Positions 18,273 through 28,093 of a stretch of DNA of 62,042 nt are shown here, piece by piece. The notes beneath the pieces were generated by a model. That model worked only from the letters and a program-made list of their open reading frames with translations. It was not told the DNA's origin and did no database searches. Numbering within the stretch: the stretch's first letter is position 1; every line of letters starts with the position of its first letter. This DNA is from Verrucomicrobiota bacterium (GTDB lineage: Bacteria; Verrucomicrobiota; Verrucomicrobiia; Limisphaerales; MWDV01). The position numbers and the translations under genes were made by a program. Location: the NCBI GenBank assembly GCA_035411585.1, contig DAONTI010000028.1, positions 1-62,042 of the forward strand, read 5' to 3'.

Positions 18273-19374
18273 CGGAGGCCCCCGGCGGCGCGCCGGTGGT
18301 TTCGTCGCGGGGGTGGTGATTTCGGTTAAGGCCGTGGCGCAGCCATTGGCCGAGCGGTTTCAGCGGCCCTTCCGGGGCCAGGGAGATGATGAGAATCAGA
18401 ATGGCGCCAAATACCGCGTTGTCGTAGCTCCCAAAGAAACCGCGTAAAGACAGATAATTCAAAATCACGCTCATTGCGGTCACGCCCCAGAGACTGGCCA
18501 TGCCGCCCGCCGCCGCAAGCGCCAGGTAACGCACCGACTTGAGCGCGCCCGCTTCGGACGGGCTGATGCTGCCGGTGTAATGCGTGAAGAACACGCCGGC
18601 CAAGGCCGCCAGCAGCGCGCTGAGCACGAAGGCGCCCAGCTTGTAAGCCGCGGTGTTGATGCCCATGGCGTTGGCGGCGGTTTCCCGGTCATGAATGGCT
18701 TGCAACGCCCGCCCCACCCGTGAGCGGATCAGATTTCGCAGCAACACCAACGTCAGGAGCAACAAACCGCAGGCGATATAGTAATTCTCCACGCGCAACG
18801 TCCGCCGACCGGAAACAGTCAACCCGAAGCCTAAAGGCCATTCCGGCACTCCGGTGATGCCGTCGGAGGCGCCCAGCTGGGCGGTGCCCACTACAATTTT
18901 GCTGACAATGAGACCGAACCCGAGCGTCGCCATGGCCAGGTAATGCCCTTTCAACCGCAGCGCCGGATAGCCAATGAGATGCGCAACCACAAAGGTCAAC
19001 AAGAGCGCCACCACCACAGCGGCCCACGGAGAGACGCTCAAAGCGGTGCCCCCGTATAAATCCGAGTGCTCGATCAGAACGCGGGCTTGTTTCAAGCCGG
19101 TGGCCCACGCTGGCTCCGGGAGCGGCCCGAAATCGTGCGTGGTCAGGAACGCCGAAGTATAGCCGCCAATCGCGAAAAACGCCGCATGCCCCAGCGACAC
19201 CTGACCCGCGTGCCCCGTCACCAGGCAAAGCCCCAGCACGACCAGGGCGTAATACAAGGCCATTGTCAGTTGCGTCAGGCAATACTCCATCCCCGCCGCG
19301 CGCAATACGAGCTGCGTCACCACCGCCAGGACGGCGAAGGTGGCGAACGGCGTGTTGCACTGAAGAAAACGCAT
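18250..19374 (-). CDS. livM: LIV-type ABC transporter permease (LivM type)
   Basis: The polytopic membrane protein has permease topology and sits between livH and livG. Confidence 0.8.
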   Translation of the reverse strand: MRFLQCNTPFATFAVLAVVTQLVLRAAGMEYCLTQLTMALYYALVVLGLCLVTGHAGQVSLGHAAFFAIGGYTSAFLTTHDFGPLPEPAWATGLKQARVLIEHSDLYGGTALSVSPWAAVVVALLLTFVVAHLIGYPALRLKGHYLAMATLGFGLIVSKIVVGTAQLGASDGITGVPEWPLGFGLTVSGRRTLRVENYYIACGLLLLTLVLLRNLIRSRVGRALQAIHDRETAANAMGINTAAYKLGAFVLSALLAALAGVFFTHYTGSISPSEAGALKSVRYLALAAAGGMASLWGVTAMSVILNYLSLRGFFGSYDNAVFGAILILIISLAPEGPLKPLGQWLRHGLNRNHHPRDETTGAPPGASDGAPRIH

Positions 19375-19389
19375 GGCCTCAAGTATGGT

Positions 19390-20286
19390 TCAATGCTCCC
19401 GCACCGCTTCCCCGCCGGGCCGGCCCAATAATCCGTGCGGCCGGACAAACAACACCAGCAACAGCACGACAAATGCGGCCACATCGTTGAACGCGGCCGG
19501 CAACCGGCTGACAGCGAACGCTTCCAAAATCCCCACTGTCAAGCCGCCGATCACCCCGCCCATCGGGTTGCCCAGTCCGCCGAGGATTGCTGCGGCGAAC
19601 CCTTTGATGGCCAGTGGTGCGCCCATTTCGTAATGGGTCATGGTGATGGGCGAAATCACGCATCCGGCCAATCCGCCCAGGGCCGCGCTTAAACCGAAGG
19701 AGAGGGTGCGCATGTTGGGAATATTGATGCCCGCCAGCATGGCCGCTTCGGGATTTGAAGCACAGGCGCGCATGGCCCGGCCCTGCAACGTGTACCGCAG
19801 GAAGATATGCAGCAGGACCACCGACACCGCAATGGCGCCGAGCACCCACAAGACCTGCGGGGAAATGGCCGCGCCGAAGAACTTGAGGGACGACACCTCG
19901 TTGCCGGTGAAATAGGGCAGGGAACGGACTTTTTCGTCCCAGATATGCAACGCGATTTCCTGGATCACAATGGAGAGGCCGATGGTGATGATGATCATGT
20001 GCAGAATCGAATGATGCCGCAGCTTGCGGAAAAAGGTGATCTCCAGCAGACACCCCACCGCGCTGACGACGATCACAGCCGCGCCCACGGCCACGACCAA
20101 GGGCAGCCCCAGTTGCGCCAGCATGATGGCCACCATGCCCCCGAGCATGACAAACTCGCCCTGGGCAAAGTTCAAGACGCCGGTCGCGCTGTAAATCAGG
20201 TTGAACCCAATGGCGACCACGGCGTAGATGCTGCCCTTGGTGATGCCCGAGAGCAGATATTGCAAGGCCATGCTGCCGTTTTCCAT
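19390..20286 (-). CDS. livH: LIV-type ABC transporter permease (LivH type)
   Basis: The 298-aa polytopic permease lies directly downstream of the substrate-binding protein gene. Confidence 0.8.
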   Translation of the reverse strand: MENGSMALQYLLSGITKGSIYAVVAIGFNLIYSATGVLNFAQGEFVMLGGMVAIMLAQLGLPLVVAVGAAVIVVSAVGCLLEITFFRKLRHHSILHMIIITIGLSIVIQEIALHIWDEKVRSLPYFTGNEVSSLKFFGAAISPQVLWVLGAIAVSVVLLHIFLRYTLQGRAMRACASNPEAAMLAGINIPNMRTLSFGLSAALGGLAGCVISPITMTHYEMGAPLAIKGFAAAILGGLGNPMGGVIGGLTVGILEAFAVSRLPAAFNDVAAFVVLLLVLFVRPHGLLGRPGGEAVREH

Positions 20287-20368
20287 GAGGTCTTCAGTGT
20301 GCGAAAAAGCCCCGGACAGTCAACCCGCCGGGGCTTGGTGATCCTACCGACTGCAATACCATCCCCCG

Positions 20369-21520
20369 TTAGGGCTGGTAGATGGTAAATTTACCGTCCT
20401 TCACGACCAGCATCAAAAAGGCGTCCAACGTCAGCCCGGTGTGGTCGGTGGGCGAGAAATTGAAGACGCCGGTGACGCCGGCGTAGTTGCTCAGATGCTC
20501 GATGGCCTCGCGCACTTTACTCCGATCCGGCTCGCCCGCCCGCCGCAGGCCTTCAAGGACAATCATGAGCGCGTCATGGGCATAACCGCCAAACGCGCTG
20601 ACGTCTTCTTGATAGCGGGATTCATACGCCTGCCGGTAAGCGGTCAGGACCTTTTTCTGTGGATGCGTGTCGGGAAGTTGTTCGCACACCATCAAATGCC
20701 CCAAGGGGAACAGAATGCCTTCCGCTGCCACACCGGCTTGCTCGACATATTTCAGGTTGCCAAACCCGTGGCTCTGGAAGAGCGGCACAGTCATGCCGAG
20801 TTGTCTCATGTTCTTGGCCACGATGGATTGCGCGGGAACGATGGACCAATTGACCACGGCCTGCACGCCCGGCGTGCCTTTGATCTTGGTCAGAATATCG
20901 GTCAAATCGGTGGCGGCCTTGTCGTACACCTCGTTCGCCAGAATCTCAATCCCCTCCACCTTGGCCAGGTCTTCGAGTTGTTTTTTGCCGGCGGCGCCGA
21001 ATCCGTCGTTGCCGGTTACCACGGCGACCTTGGTGATGCCTTGGTCCTTCATCGTGCGGTAAATCCAAGTGGCCGCCTGACTGTCCTTTTGCGGAGTCTT
21101 AAAGACGTACCGGGCCACCGGGTTCACAATCACTTCCGCTGCGGCGCAGGAGACGAGGATCATCTGGTTTTGTTCGCAGAGATCCTTGATGGCCATGGTC
21201 TCGCCGCTGGTGGACGGACCAATAATGGCCAGCACCTTGTCCTCCTCGATCAACTGTTTGGCAAACGACACGGCCTTCTCGGGATTGCCGCCGCTGTCCT
21301 TGGCGATAAACTCAATCTTCCGCCCGTTGATGCCGCCCTGGGCGTTGATTTGATCCACGAGCATGCGCGCCGTTTTTTCCTCCGGCGCCCCCAAAAAGGA
21401 AGCGGGGCCGGTCACGGAAAAGATCGCGCCGATTTTGACGGTTTCACTGGGAGGCCGGGAACAGCCCCAGAAGAGGGCCAGCCCGCAAAGCCCCACGGCT
21501 AGGAGAGCGCTGTGTTTCAT
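20369..21520 (-). CDS. Periplasmic substrate-binding protein of the LIV ABC importer (LivJ/K-like)
   Basis: An N-terminal signal/lipobox (LALFWGCS) precedes a type-I periplasmic binding fold (IGAIFSVTGPASFLG...). It is the first gene of the transporter operon. Confidence 0.8.
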   Translation of the reverse strand: MKHSALLAVGLCGLALFWGCSRPPSETVKIGAIFSVTGPASFLGAPEEKTARMLVDQINAQGGINGRKIEFIAKDSGGNPEKAVSFAKQLIEEDKVLAIIGPSTSGETMAIKDLCEQNQMILVSCAAAEVIVNPVARYVFKTPQKDSQAATWIYRTMKDQGITKVAVVTGNDGFGAAGKKQLEDLAKVEGIEILANEVYDKAATDLTDILTKIKGTPGVQAVVNWSIVPAQSIVAKNMRQLGMTVPLFQSHGFGNLKYVEQAGVAAEGILFPLGHLMVCEQLPDTHPQKKVLTAYRQAYESRYQEDVSAFGGYAHDALMIVLEGLRRAGEPDRSKVREAIEHLSNYAGVTGVFNFSPTDHTGLTLDAFLMLVVKDGKFTIYQP

Positions 21521-21624
21521 GATGATCCTTTCAGGTTAAGCCAGCCATCAACCGGTCCGCCTCCCGGCCCCCGCCGGCGACGGGGAGGAACACGCCGCCG
21601 CCTGCGGGCCCGGGATTTCGGCAG

Positions 21625-23142
21625 TTAGAACGTGAACATGATTTCGGGACGAATGAACACCATCAGATCGCGCTGATTGTAGTAATCGCCCTGCCAGATG
21701 AATTCCCCCCACAGGTGAACGTTGCAATGCTTGTTGAACTGATGCTTGAGCACCGTTTGCAGATAATGACCGCGGAAATGGCCGTCGCGGCTGAAACGCG
21801 GCGTGGCCATCACCCGGGTGGACGTGTCTTCGGGCGCGAACAGCGCATTGTAGGTCGCGCTGAAGCTCATGCCTTTCATGGGATTGAAACTCCAACTGGG
21901 ACCTATCCGCCAGAGGTTGTTGATCTGGGCGACTTTGCCGCTGGTCTCCGCCGCATACGAATAAATGTAAAGCTCACTCCACCGCGGCCAGCGGCCCCAT
22001 AACAGATCGAACATCTCATCCTTGCCGGTCTTTGGATCGTCACCCGAGAGGTATTCGGTCGCCAGGCTGAGTTGGTTGTTCAGGCTGTCCTTGAACTGGT
22101 AGGTGAGCTTGGCCTTGCCGCCGTACGCACTGATGTCGCGGCGGTGGTTGGCGGCGCCGGCGGGGAATTTCACGGTCGGATCGTTTTTGCTGCCAAACTG
22201 GTAAGCCCCCTCCACGGAGTATAGCCAATGCTCCGCCGGAGTCCCGGTGATCTTGCCGCCCAGCGTGTAGATGTCCGCGTAATCGCCGGGCCGGGTTTTT
22301 GCCCCCCCGGCCTTCAGGGTTTCCGGCTCGTCCGCCTTGTAAATGAAATAGCCGTCAATCGTGGTGTTCTTGATGGATTTGTTGGAGACATAAAAAACCA
22401 CGCCCTGCTCGTTTTGCTCGGTCACGTTGTAATCCGTGCCCCGGTACTTGGGTGAATCGGAATAACGTGTCCGGCCCAGCGTGGGAAACATCCCGTCCGG
22501 AAGCGCCGTCTGGTAGATGTAAATCAGGTCAAACTTCGTCTTGATGTCCTGCGCGTCATAGGTCAGGCGGATGCTGTCAAAGTAAAATGTCCACGAACCA
22601 TCCCCCGGCGTGCCATCGGAAATCAGCCACCAATCATAGAAATCGCCGAACATGATGTCCTGCCGCCCCACTGTGAGGGTCAACGGTTGGCCGCCAAGAT
22701 TGCTCCATTTGAAGTTCAGATTGTCAAAAATGCCATAGCGCCATTCCATGCCTTCGCGCGGGGTGCCGAGATTGGGTTTTCCGTAAGGTCCAAACCCGGC
22801 CTTTTTGGTCCAATAACGCGGCTCGGCGGAGAGACGGGCGTTGATGCTGATGTCCTCCGATAATTTGGCGGTGGCCCACAAGCGGCCGCGAAAACGCACC
22901 ACGTTCTGTTCAGAATAAGGCACGGACTCATCCAAGCTGACCACGCTATCCAGATACTCGTCGCGCACCCGCAGATCCGCGCCCCAAGTCAGCCAGTCCA
23001 CCGGCTTTTTCATGGCATCCGCCCATTTGTCAAAACCGCTGGGCGGGGGCGGACTGGTTGTCGCCGGAGTTTGAGCGGTCAGCGGAGAGACAGCTGTTGC
23101 CAGCACCGCCAGACAGATCAGGACTTTGGAATTCATGCGCAT
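21625..23142 (-). CDS. Outer-membrane beta-barrel protein (alginate-export/AlgE-like porin family, tentative)
   Basis: A signal peptide (MRMNSKVLICLAVLATAVSPLTA), alternating amphipathic beta-strand character throughout, and a C-terminal aromatic residue (…IMFTF) indicate an OM barrel. Confidence 0.55.
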   Translation of the reverse strand: MRMNSKVLICLAVLATAVSPLTAQTPATTSPPPPSGFDKWADAMKKPVDWLTWGADLRVRDEYLDSVVSLDESVPYSEQNVVRFRGRLWATAKLSEDISINARLSAEPRYWTKKAGFGPYGKPNLGTPREGMEWRYGIFDNLNFKWSNLGGQPLTLTVGRQDIMFGDFYDWWLISDGTPGDGSWTFYFDSIRLTYDAQDIKTKFDLIYIYQTALPDGMFPTLGRTRYSDSPKYRGTDYNVTEQNEQGVVFYVSNKSIKNTTIDGYFIYKADEPETLKAGGAKTRPGDYADIYTLGGKITGTPAEHWLYSVEGAYQFGSKNDPTVKFPAGAANHRRDISAYGGKAKLTYQFKDSLNNQLSLATEYLSGDDPKTGKDEMFDLLWGRWPRWSELYIYSYAAETSGKVAQINNLWRIGPSWSFNPMKGMSFSATYNALFAPEDTSTRVMATPRFSRDGHFRGHYLQTVLKHQFNKHCNVHLWGEFIWQGDYYNQRDLMVFIRPEIMFTF

Positions 23143-23641
23143 GTTGTTATTTGAGGTTCACTATCCATCCACAGCAGCCTTGCGTCACCGGCCCGCCATC
23201 ATCGCGAGGCTCCGGTTCGCCGGGACCGCTTGACCACTCCAAGCCATCCGGGCCGCCAACCGTGGCCATCCTAAAAAATCACCCCCACCTGTCCAGTCCG
23301 GAGAGTAATTTTTGACAGAATTTAGTATAAGAAATGAAAAACATGAAATCTGCTGATTTACAGAAAAACGCGCCGTGTCAAACTTTACCCGGCTGGATTA
23401 CTCCCTACGACCGTTCGGGAAAACCTCGTGAAAATTGGGCTTTTTGCGATTTTTTGCCGGATGAAATCGCTCTTCATTATGGCGGGACGCCGCGCTGATT
23501 TCAGGTTGGGCAGGGTGAGATCACCCATAAATTTGATTGGATGGCCGGGATAAAAGCGGCTTGTCTTGGAAAAAGTTTTTTGTTCGACTGGTTCGCGGAA
23601 CTTCCCACCGCCGCAGGCGCGGAGGGTCAGCGCAAACAAGC

Positions 23642-25261
23642 ATGTCCACTGAAAAACGACAACTCCTCAGCGGCGATGAAGCCATCGCCCTTGCCGCGCG
23701 CGACGCCGGCGTGGCACTTGGGGCCGGCTATCCCGGCACTCCCTCCACGGAAATCCTGGAACGCTTCACGGCCCTCGGCGGGCGCGGCCAATGGTCGCCC
23801 AATGAAAAGGTCGCGTTGGAGGTCGCCTTGGGGGCGGCATTCACCGGCGCCCGGGCCATGGCCACGATGAAACACGTTGGCCTGAACGTCGCCGCGGATC
23901 CACTGTTCACCGCGGCCTACACCGGTGTGGTGGGCGGGCTGGTGATCATTTCCGCGGATGATCCGGGCATGGCCTCCAGCCAGAACGAGCAGGACAATCG
24001 CCGCTACGCGGTGGCGGCGGGGGTGCCGCTGTTGGAACCGTCCGATTCCCAGGAAGCCTACGATTTTGTTTTCGCCGCGCTGGAGATTTCGGAGCGCTGG
24101 CGCATCCCGGTCATTCTCCGTCCCACCACCCGCGTGTGTCACAGCTATACCTTGGTGCAACCGCGCGGGTCGAACGGAGCGTCGGTCACCCCCAAGTTCG
24201 AGCGCGATATCCGCACGCTGGTCATGATCCCGGCGTACGCGCGCCCCGCGCACCGGCGGTTGCGGCAAAAGCTGGCCGAGATTCAGGAGTGGAACGAGAG
24301 CGCGCCGCTGAATCAAATTGTGCCCGGCGACAAATCCCTCGGAATCATCACGAGCGGCATTTCGTTCATGCACGTGCGCGAGGCGGCCCCCCACGCGAGC
24401 GTGTTGAAGCTGGGGTTCACCTATCCGCTGCCCTTGCGCAAAATTGCTGCGTTCGCCAAAAGTGTGGACCGCTGTCTGGTCGTGGAGGAAGGTGATCCCT
24501 ATCTGGTGGACGCCATCCGGGCGGCGGGCATCCCCGTCGAAGGCAAACCGGAAATGTACCGCTTCGGCGAACTCGATGTGCCCCGCGTACGGCGCATCCT
24601 GAATAACGACACCAGCCCCGAACCCGTCAAGCCGCCGGGCAAACCACCGCAACTGTGCGACGCCTGCCAGTACCGGGTGGTGTTTGAGAGCCTGCGCCAG
24701 CGGGGCTGCATCGTGGCGGGGGACATTGGTTGTTATACCCTTGGCGTGTTGCAGCCGTTCGAGGTGATTGACACCTGCGTTTGCATGGGCGCCAGCTTGG
24801 GCGTGGGTCTGGGCATGCGGCACGTCCTGCCGTCCGACCAGGCGCGCCGGGTGGTCAGTGTGATCGGGGACAGCACCTTCATGCACAGCGGCATCACCGG
24901 TCTGGTGGAGATGGTGTATAACCCGCCGCCCGAGGGGCATGTATTGATCATTCTCGACAACGCCACCACGGCGATGACCGGGCACCAGGAGCATCCCGGC
25001 ACGGGCCGCTCGCTGGCGCATGAGCCCACGAACAAGATTGTGATGGAAGACCTCGCGCGGTCGTTGGGCATTCAACGCGTCCACGTCGTCGAACCGCGGA
25101 TCGGATCGGGGGAATTTGAACGGGTGCTCGATGAGTGCCTCGCCAGCCGGGAACTCTGCGTGATCATCGCGCGCCGTCCGTGCATTCTGATTGTCAAACA
25201 ATTGCGCGAATACGAGAAACGCGCCTGCCAAATCCAAGGAAGCTCATGTCCAACCGCCTGA
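23642..25261 (+). CDS. iorA: Indolepyruvate:ferredoxin oxidoreductase alpha subunit
   Basis: N-terminal TPP-enzyme motifs (LSGDEAIALAARDAGV...GYPGTPSTEI) and a Cys cluster (CDACQYRVVFE...GDIGCYTLG) match IorA. I set the start at MSTEKRQ (23642). Confidence 0.85.
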   Translation: MSTEKRQLLSGDEAIALAARDAGVALGAGYPGTPSTEILERFTALGGRGQWSPNEKVALEVALGAAFTGARAMATMKHVGLNVAADPLFTAAYTGVVGGLVIISADDPGMASSQNEQDNRRYAVAAGVPLLEPSDSQEAYDFVFAALEISERWRIPVILRPTTRVCHSYTLVQPRGSNGASVTPKFERDIRTLVMIPAYARPAHRRLRQKLAEIQEWNESAPLNQIVPGDKSLGIITSGISFMHVREAAPHASVLKLGFTYPLPLRKIAAFAKSVDRCLVVEEGDPYLVDAIRAAGIPVEGKPEMYRFGELDVPRVRRILNNDTSPEPVKPPGKPPQLCDACQYRVVFESLRQRGCIVAGDIGCYTLGVLQPFEVIDTCVCMGASLGVGLGMRHVLPSDQARRVVSVIGDSTFMHSGITGLVEMVYNPPPEGHVLIILDNATTAMTGHQEHPGTGRSLAHEPTNKIVMEDLARSLGIQRVHVVEPRIGSGEFERVLDECLASRELCVIIARRPCILIVKQLREYEKRACQIQGSSCPTA

Positions 25262-25731
25262 CCAATGTGGTGGTCGCCGGCCTCGGCGGCCAAGGAGTGC
25301 TCAAAGCCTCGGATATTCTGGCCGACGTGGCCGTCCGGGCCGGCTTTGAGGTGAAGAAAAGCGAGATCAAAGGCATGAGCCAGCGCGGCGGGTCGGTCAG
25401 CAGCGACGTGCGGTTTGGCGACGCCGTCTTCAGCCCGATGGTGTCGCCGGGCGAAGCGGATTATCTGCTCGTCCTGGAAGCCACTCAAGTGACGCCGAAC
25501 CAACATTACCTCAAGGCCGGCGGCACGTTGATCACCCCGGACGTCATCAACCCGGACCAATTGCCGAACAAAAAGGCGCTCAACGTGGCGCTGCTGGGCG
25601 CCCTGAGCAAACATTTGCCGTTGCCGGAAAACGACTGGCTCGAAGTTCTGCGCCAGGCGTTTCCCCCGGCCTTTTTCGCGCACAACCGGGAAGCGTTCCG
25701 TTTGGGGCGTGCCGCCGTTTCCCAATCCTGA
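25246..25731 (+). CDS. iorB: Indolepyruvate:ferredoxin oxidoreductase beta subunit
   Basis: VVAGLGGQGVLKASDILA is the IorB/POR-gamma GGQG motif. The start MSNRLTNV overlaps the end of iorA, and AGGAAG lies upstream. Confidence 0.8.
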   Translation: MSNRLTNVVVAGLGGQGVLKASDILADVAVRAGFEVKKSEIKGMSQRGGSVSSDVRFGDAVFSPMVSPGEADYLLVLEATQVTPNQHYLKAGGTLITPDVINPDQLPNKKALNVALLGALSKHLPLPENDWLEVLRQAFPPAFFAHNREAFRLGRAAVSQS

Positions 25732-25746
25732 AAACTTGTTACCCGC

Positions 25747-27072
25747 ATGAGCAAAAACCACGACATTCCGCCGATGCATCCCGCCAGCGCCATGGATTTT
25801 CTGCCGCTCGCGCAACTGCGGGACGTGCAATTCATCCGCCTGCGCGACATGGTCCAGCGCGCCTATGATCATGTGGCGCTGTTCCGGCAGCGGATGGATG
25901 AACGCAAGCTCAAGCCCGCCGATCTGCGCTCCATGGATGACATCGTGAAACTGCCGTTCACGGTGAAGTCCGATTTGCGCGATGCGTATCCGTTCGGCTT
26001 GCTGGCCAGTCCCTTGCAGGATGTGGTGCGTTTCCACGCCTCCAGCGGCACGACCGGCAAGCCCATCGTCGTCGGTTACACCCGGGAGGATATTCAGGAT
26101 TGGACCCAGGCGATGGTCCGCAGCTTCGCGGCGTGCGGGGTGCATGCCGGGGATGTCATTCAGAACGCCTACGGCTACGGCCTGTTCACCGGCGGCCTGG
26201 GGGCGCACTACGGCGCGGAAGGCATCGGGGCGAGCGTGGTGCCGATTTCCGGCGGCAACACCGAACGCCAGATCATGCTCATGAAGGATTTTGGCGTGAC
26301 GGTGATTTGTTGCACGCCGAGCTATTTCCTGCACCTCATGGAACGGGCGGTGGAATCGGGGGTAAACCTGAAGGATCTGCCCCTGCGCACGGGCGTCTTC
26401 GGCGCCGAACCGTGGACCGAAGGCATGCGGGAACGCATTGAAGCCGGCACTGCGATCCGGGCTTACGACATCTACGGCCTGACGGAAATCGTCGGTCCCG
26501 GTGTGGCAATGGAATGTGTGCATCAGACCGGCCCGCACATTTTTGAAGACCTGTTTTACCCGGAAATCGTTGATCCCGAGACCCTCGAACCGCTGCCCGA
26601 CGGCACGGAAGGCGAACTGGTGCTCACCACCTTGTGCAAGCGCGCGATGCCCATGATCCGGTATCGCACGCGGGACATCACCGCCGTCACCTCGGCGAAG
26701 TGCCCCTGCGGGCGCACGCTCCGGCGCATCTGCCGGATTGGCCGGCGCAGCGACGACATGCTCATCATCCGCGGCGTCAACCTGTTTCCGTCGCAAATCG
26801 AAGCCGCGTTACTGCGGGTGGAGGGCACCCTGCCGCATTACCAAATCATTGTGGACCGCCAGAAGGGGCTCGACACGTTGGAGGTGCAGGTGGAGGTCAC
26901 CAACGAGGCGTTCAGCGACACGGTCGGCGCTCTGGAGCAATTGCAAAAACGGCTGGCCCATTCCATCGAAAGCATCACCGGCCTGCGCCCCGCGGTGAAA
27001 CTCGTCGCCCCGCGCACGCTCCAGCGCAGCGAAGGCAAGGCCAAACGAGTCATGGACAAACGGCTGATGTAA
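25747..27072 (+). CDS. paaK: Phenylacetate-CoA ligase family aryl-acid CoA ligase
   Basis: The PaaK N-domain, FHASSGTTGKPIVVGYT and C-terminal blocks are present. It is a paralog of the 13858..15150 gene. Confidence 0.85.
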   Translation: MSKNHDIPPMHPASAMDFLPLAQLRDVQFIRLRDMVQRAYDHVALFRQRMDERKLKPADLRSMDDIVKLPFTVKSDLRDAYPFGLLASPLQDVVRFHASSGTTGKPIVVGYTREDIQDWTQAMVRSFAACGVHAGDVIQNAYGYGLFTGGLGAHYGAEGIGASVVPISGGNTERQIMLMKDFGVTVICCTPSYFLHLMERAVESGVNLKDLPLRTGVFGAEPWTEGMRERIEAGTAIRAYDIYGLTEIVGPGVAMECVHQTGPHIFEDLFYPEIVDPETLEPLPDGTEGELVLTTLCKRAMPMIRYRTRDITAVTSAKCPCGRTLRRICRIGRRSDDMLIIRGVNLFPSQIEAALLRVEGTLPHYQIIVDRQKGLDTLEVQVEVTNEAFSDTVGALEQLQKRLAHSIESITGLRPAVKLVAPRTLQRSEGKAKRVMDKRLM

Positions 27073-27103
27073 CCGGCGATTTTCCACCCCAAGGCATACG
27101 CGC

Positions 27104-27544
27104 ATGAAACTCAAACAACTCTCCGTCTTTCTCGAAAACAAACCGGGCGCGCTCAGTGCTCCCTGTCGTCTGCTGGCCAAGGCCGGCATCAACATTCAAA
27201 CCTTCGCCCTCGCCGACACCCGGGAGTTTGGGATCCTACGGCTCGTGGTTGAAGACCCGGACCGCGCCCGGCGATTGCTCATCCGCAACGGCTTCGCCGT
27301 GAAGCTCACGGAGGTCGTTGCCTTGGAAGTGCCCGATGTCCCCGGAGGATTGGCGGCCATTCTGGATGCGCTGGACGGCTCCGGCATCAACGTCGAATAC
27401 GCCTATGCCTTCACCACCAAGCATCAGGGGCACGGTTTGCTGGTGTTCCGGTTTGATGATCCCGACAGCGCCATCAAGATCCTCAAGAGCCACAAGATCA
27501 GCGCCGTGGACAGCGAGGAATTGTCCAAACGTCTGAAAGGCTGA
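27104..27544 (+). CDS. Tandem ACT-domain protein
   Basis: Two ACT units are present (LSVFLENKPGALSAPCRLLAKAGINIQTF; ALEVPDVPGGLAAILDALDGSGINV). It is a paralog of 13414..13842. Confidence 0.75.
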   Translation: MKLKQLSVFLENKPGALSAPCRLLAKAGINIQTFALADTREFGILRLVVEDPDRARRLLIRNGFAVKLTEVVALEVPDVPGGLAAILDALDGSGINVEYAYAFTTKHQGHGLLVFRFDDPDSAIKILKSHKISAVDSEELSKRLKG

Positions 27545-27619
27545 ATCCCGGAACGCTTGCTTGCTTCTTACGCTGGCGCCCCGCCGTTCACCGCGAACGG
27601 GGCGCCGACCGTTTCCCCC

Positions 27620-28033
27620 ATGAAAACCATCAAAGACTATTTCAAAAAGGACCAGTTTGCCGCCCACAACAACATTGAACTGGTGGACGCCGCGGACGGC
27701 CGGGCCCGAGCCCGCATGACCCTGCAACCCCATCACTTGAACGCCTTGGGCACGGTCCAAGGAGGCGCGCTCTTTACCCTGGCGGATTTCTGCTTCGCCG
27801 CCGCCTGCAACTCGCACGGCACCGTGGCGGTGGCCATTGACGCCAACATCACTTTCATGAAAGGCATTGCCACCGGCACGCTCCACGCCGAGGCGCGCGA
27901 GATCGCCAAAAATTTCAAACTCGGCAGTTACGCCGTGGAAGTCCGCAGTGACGCGGGAGAGTTGATCGCCCAATTTCAAGGACTGGCCTACCGCAAGAAG
28001 GACGCCCTGCCGTTCATCAAAGCACCGGCGTAA
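27620..28033 (+). CDS. Hotdog-fold acyl-CoA thioesterase (PaaI/4HBT-like)
   Basis: GTVQGGALFTLADFCFAAA is the PaaI-type catalytic region. The size is about 137 aa. I set the start at MKTIKDY. Confidence 0.7.
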   Translation: MKTIKDYFKKDQFAAHNNIELVDAADGRARARMTLQPHHLNALGTVQGGALFTLADFCFAAACNSHGTVAVAIDANITFMKGIATGTLHAEAREIAKNFKLGSYAVEVRSDAGELIAQFQGLAYRKKDALPFIKAPA

Positions 28034-28093
28034 CGGCCCGGCACGCCGACTCGCGGCTCGACGGCCGCCGCGCCGCCCGCTACCGTTTCCGTC

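Noticed and set aside
23627-26796. Two large minus-strand ORFs (536 aa and 574 aa)
   Set aside because: They lie antisense to iorA/iorB/paaK, whose products have unmistakable TPP, GGQG and AMP-binding motifs. The antisense translations are Arg/Gly/His-rich with no domain features.
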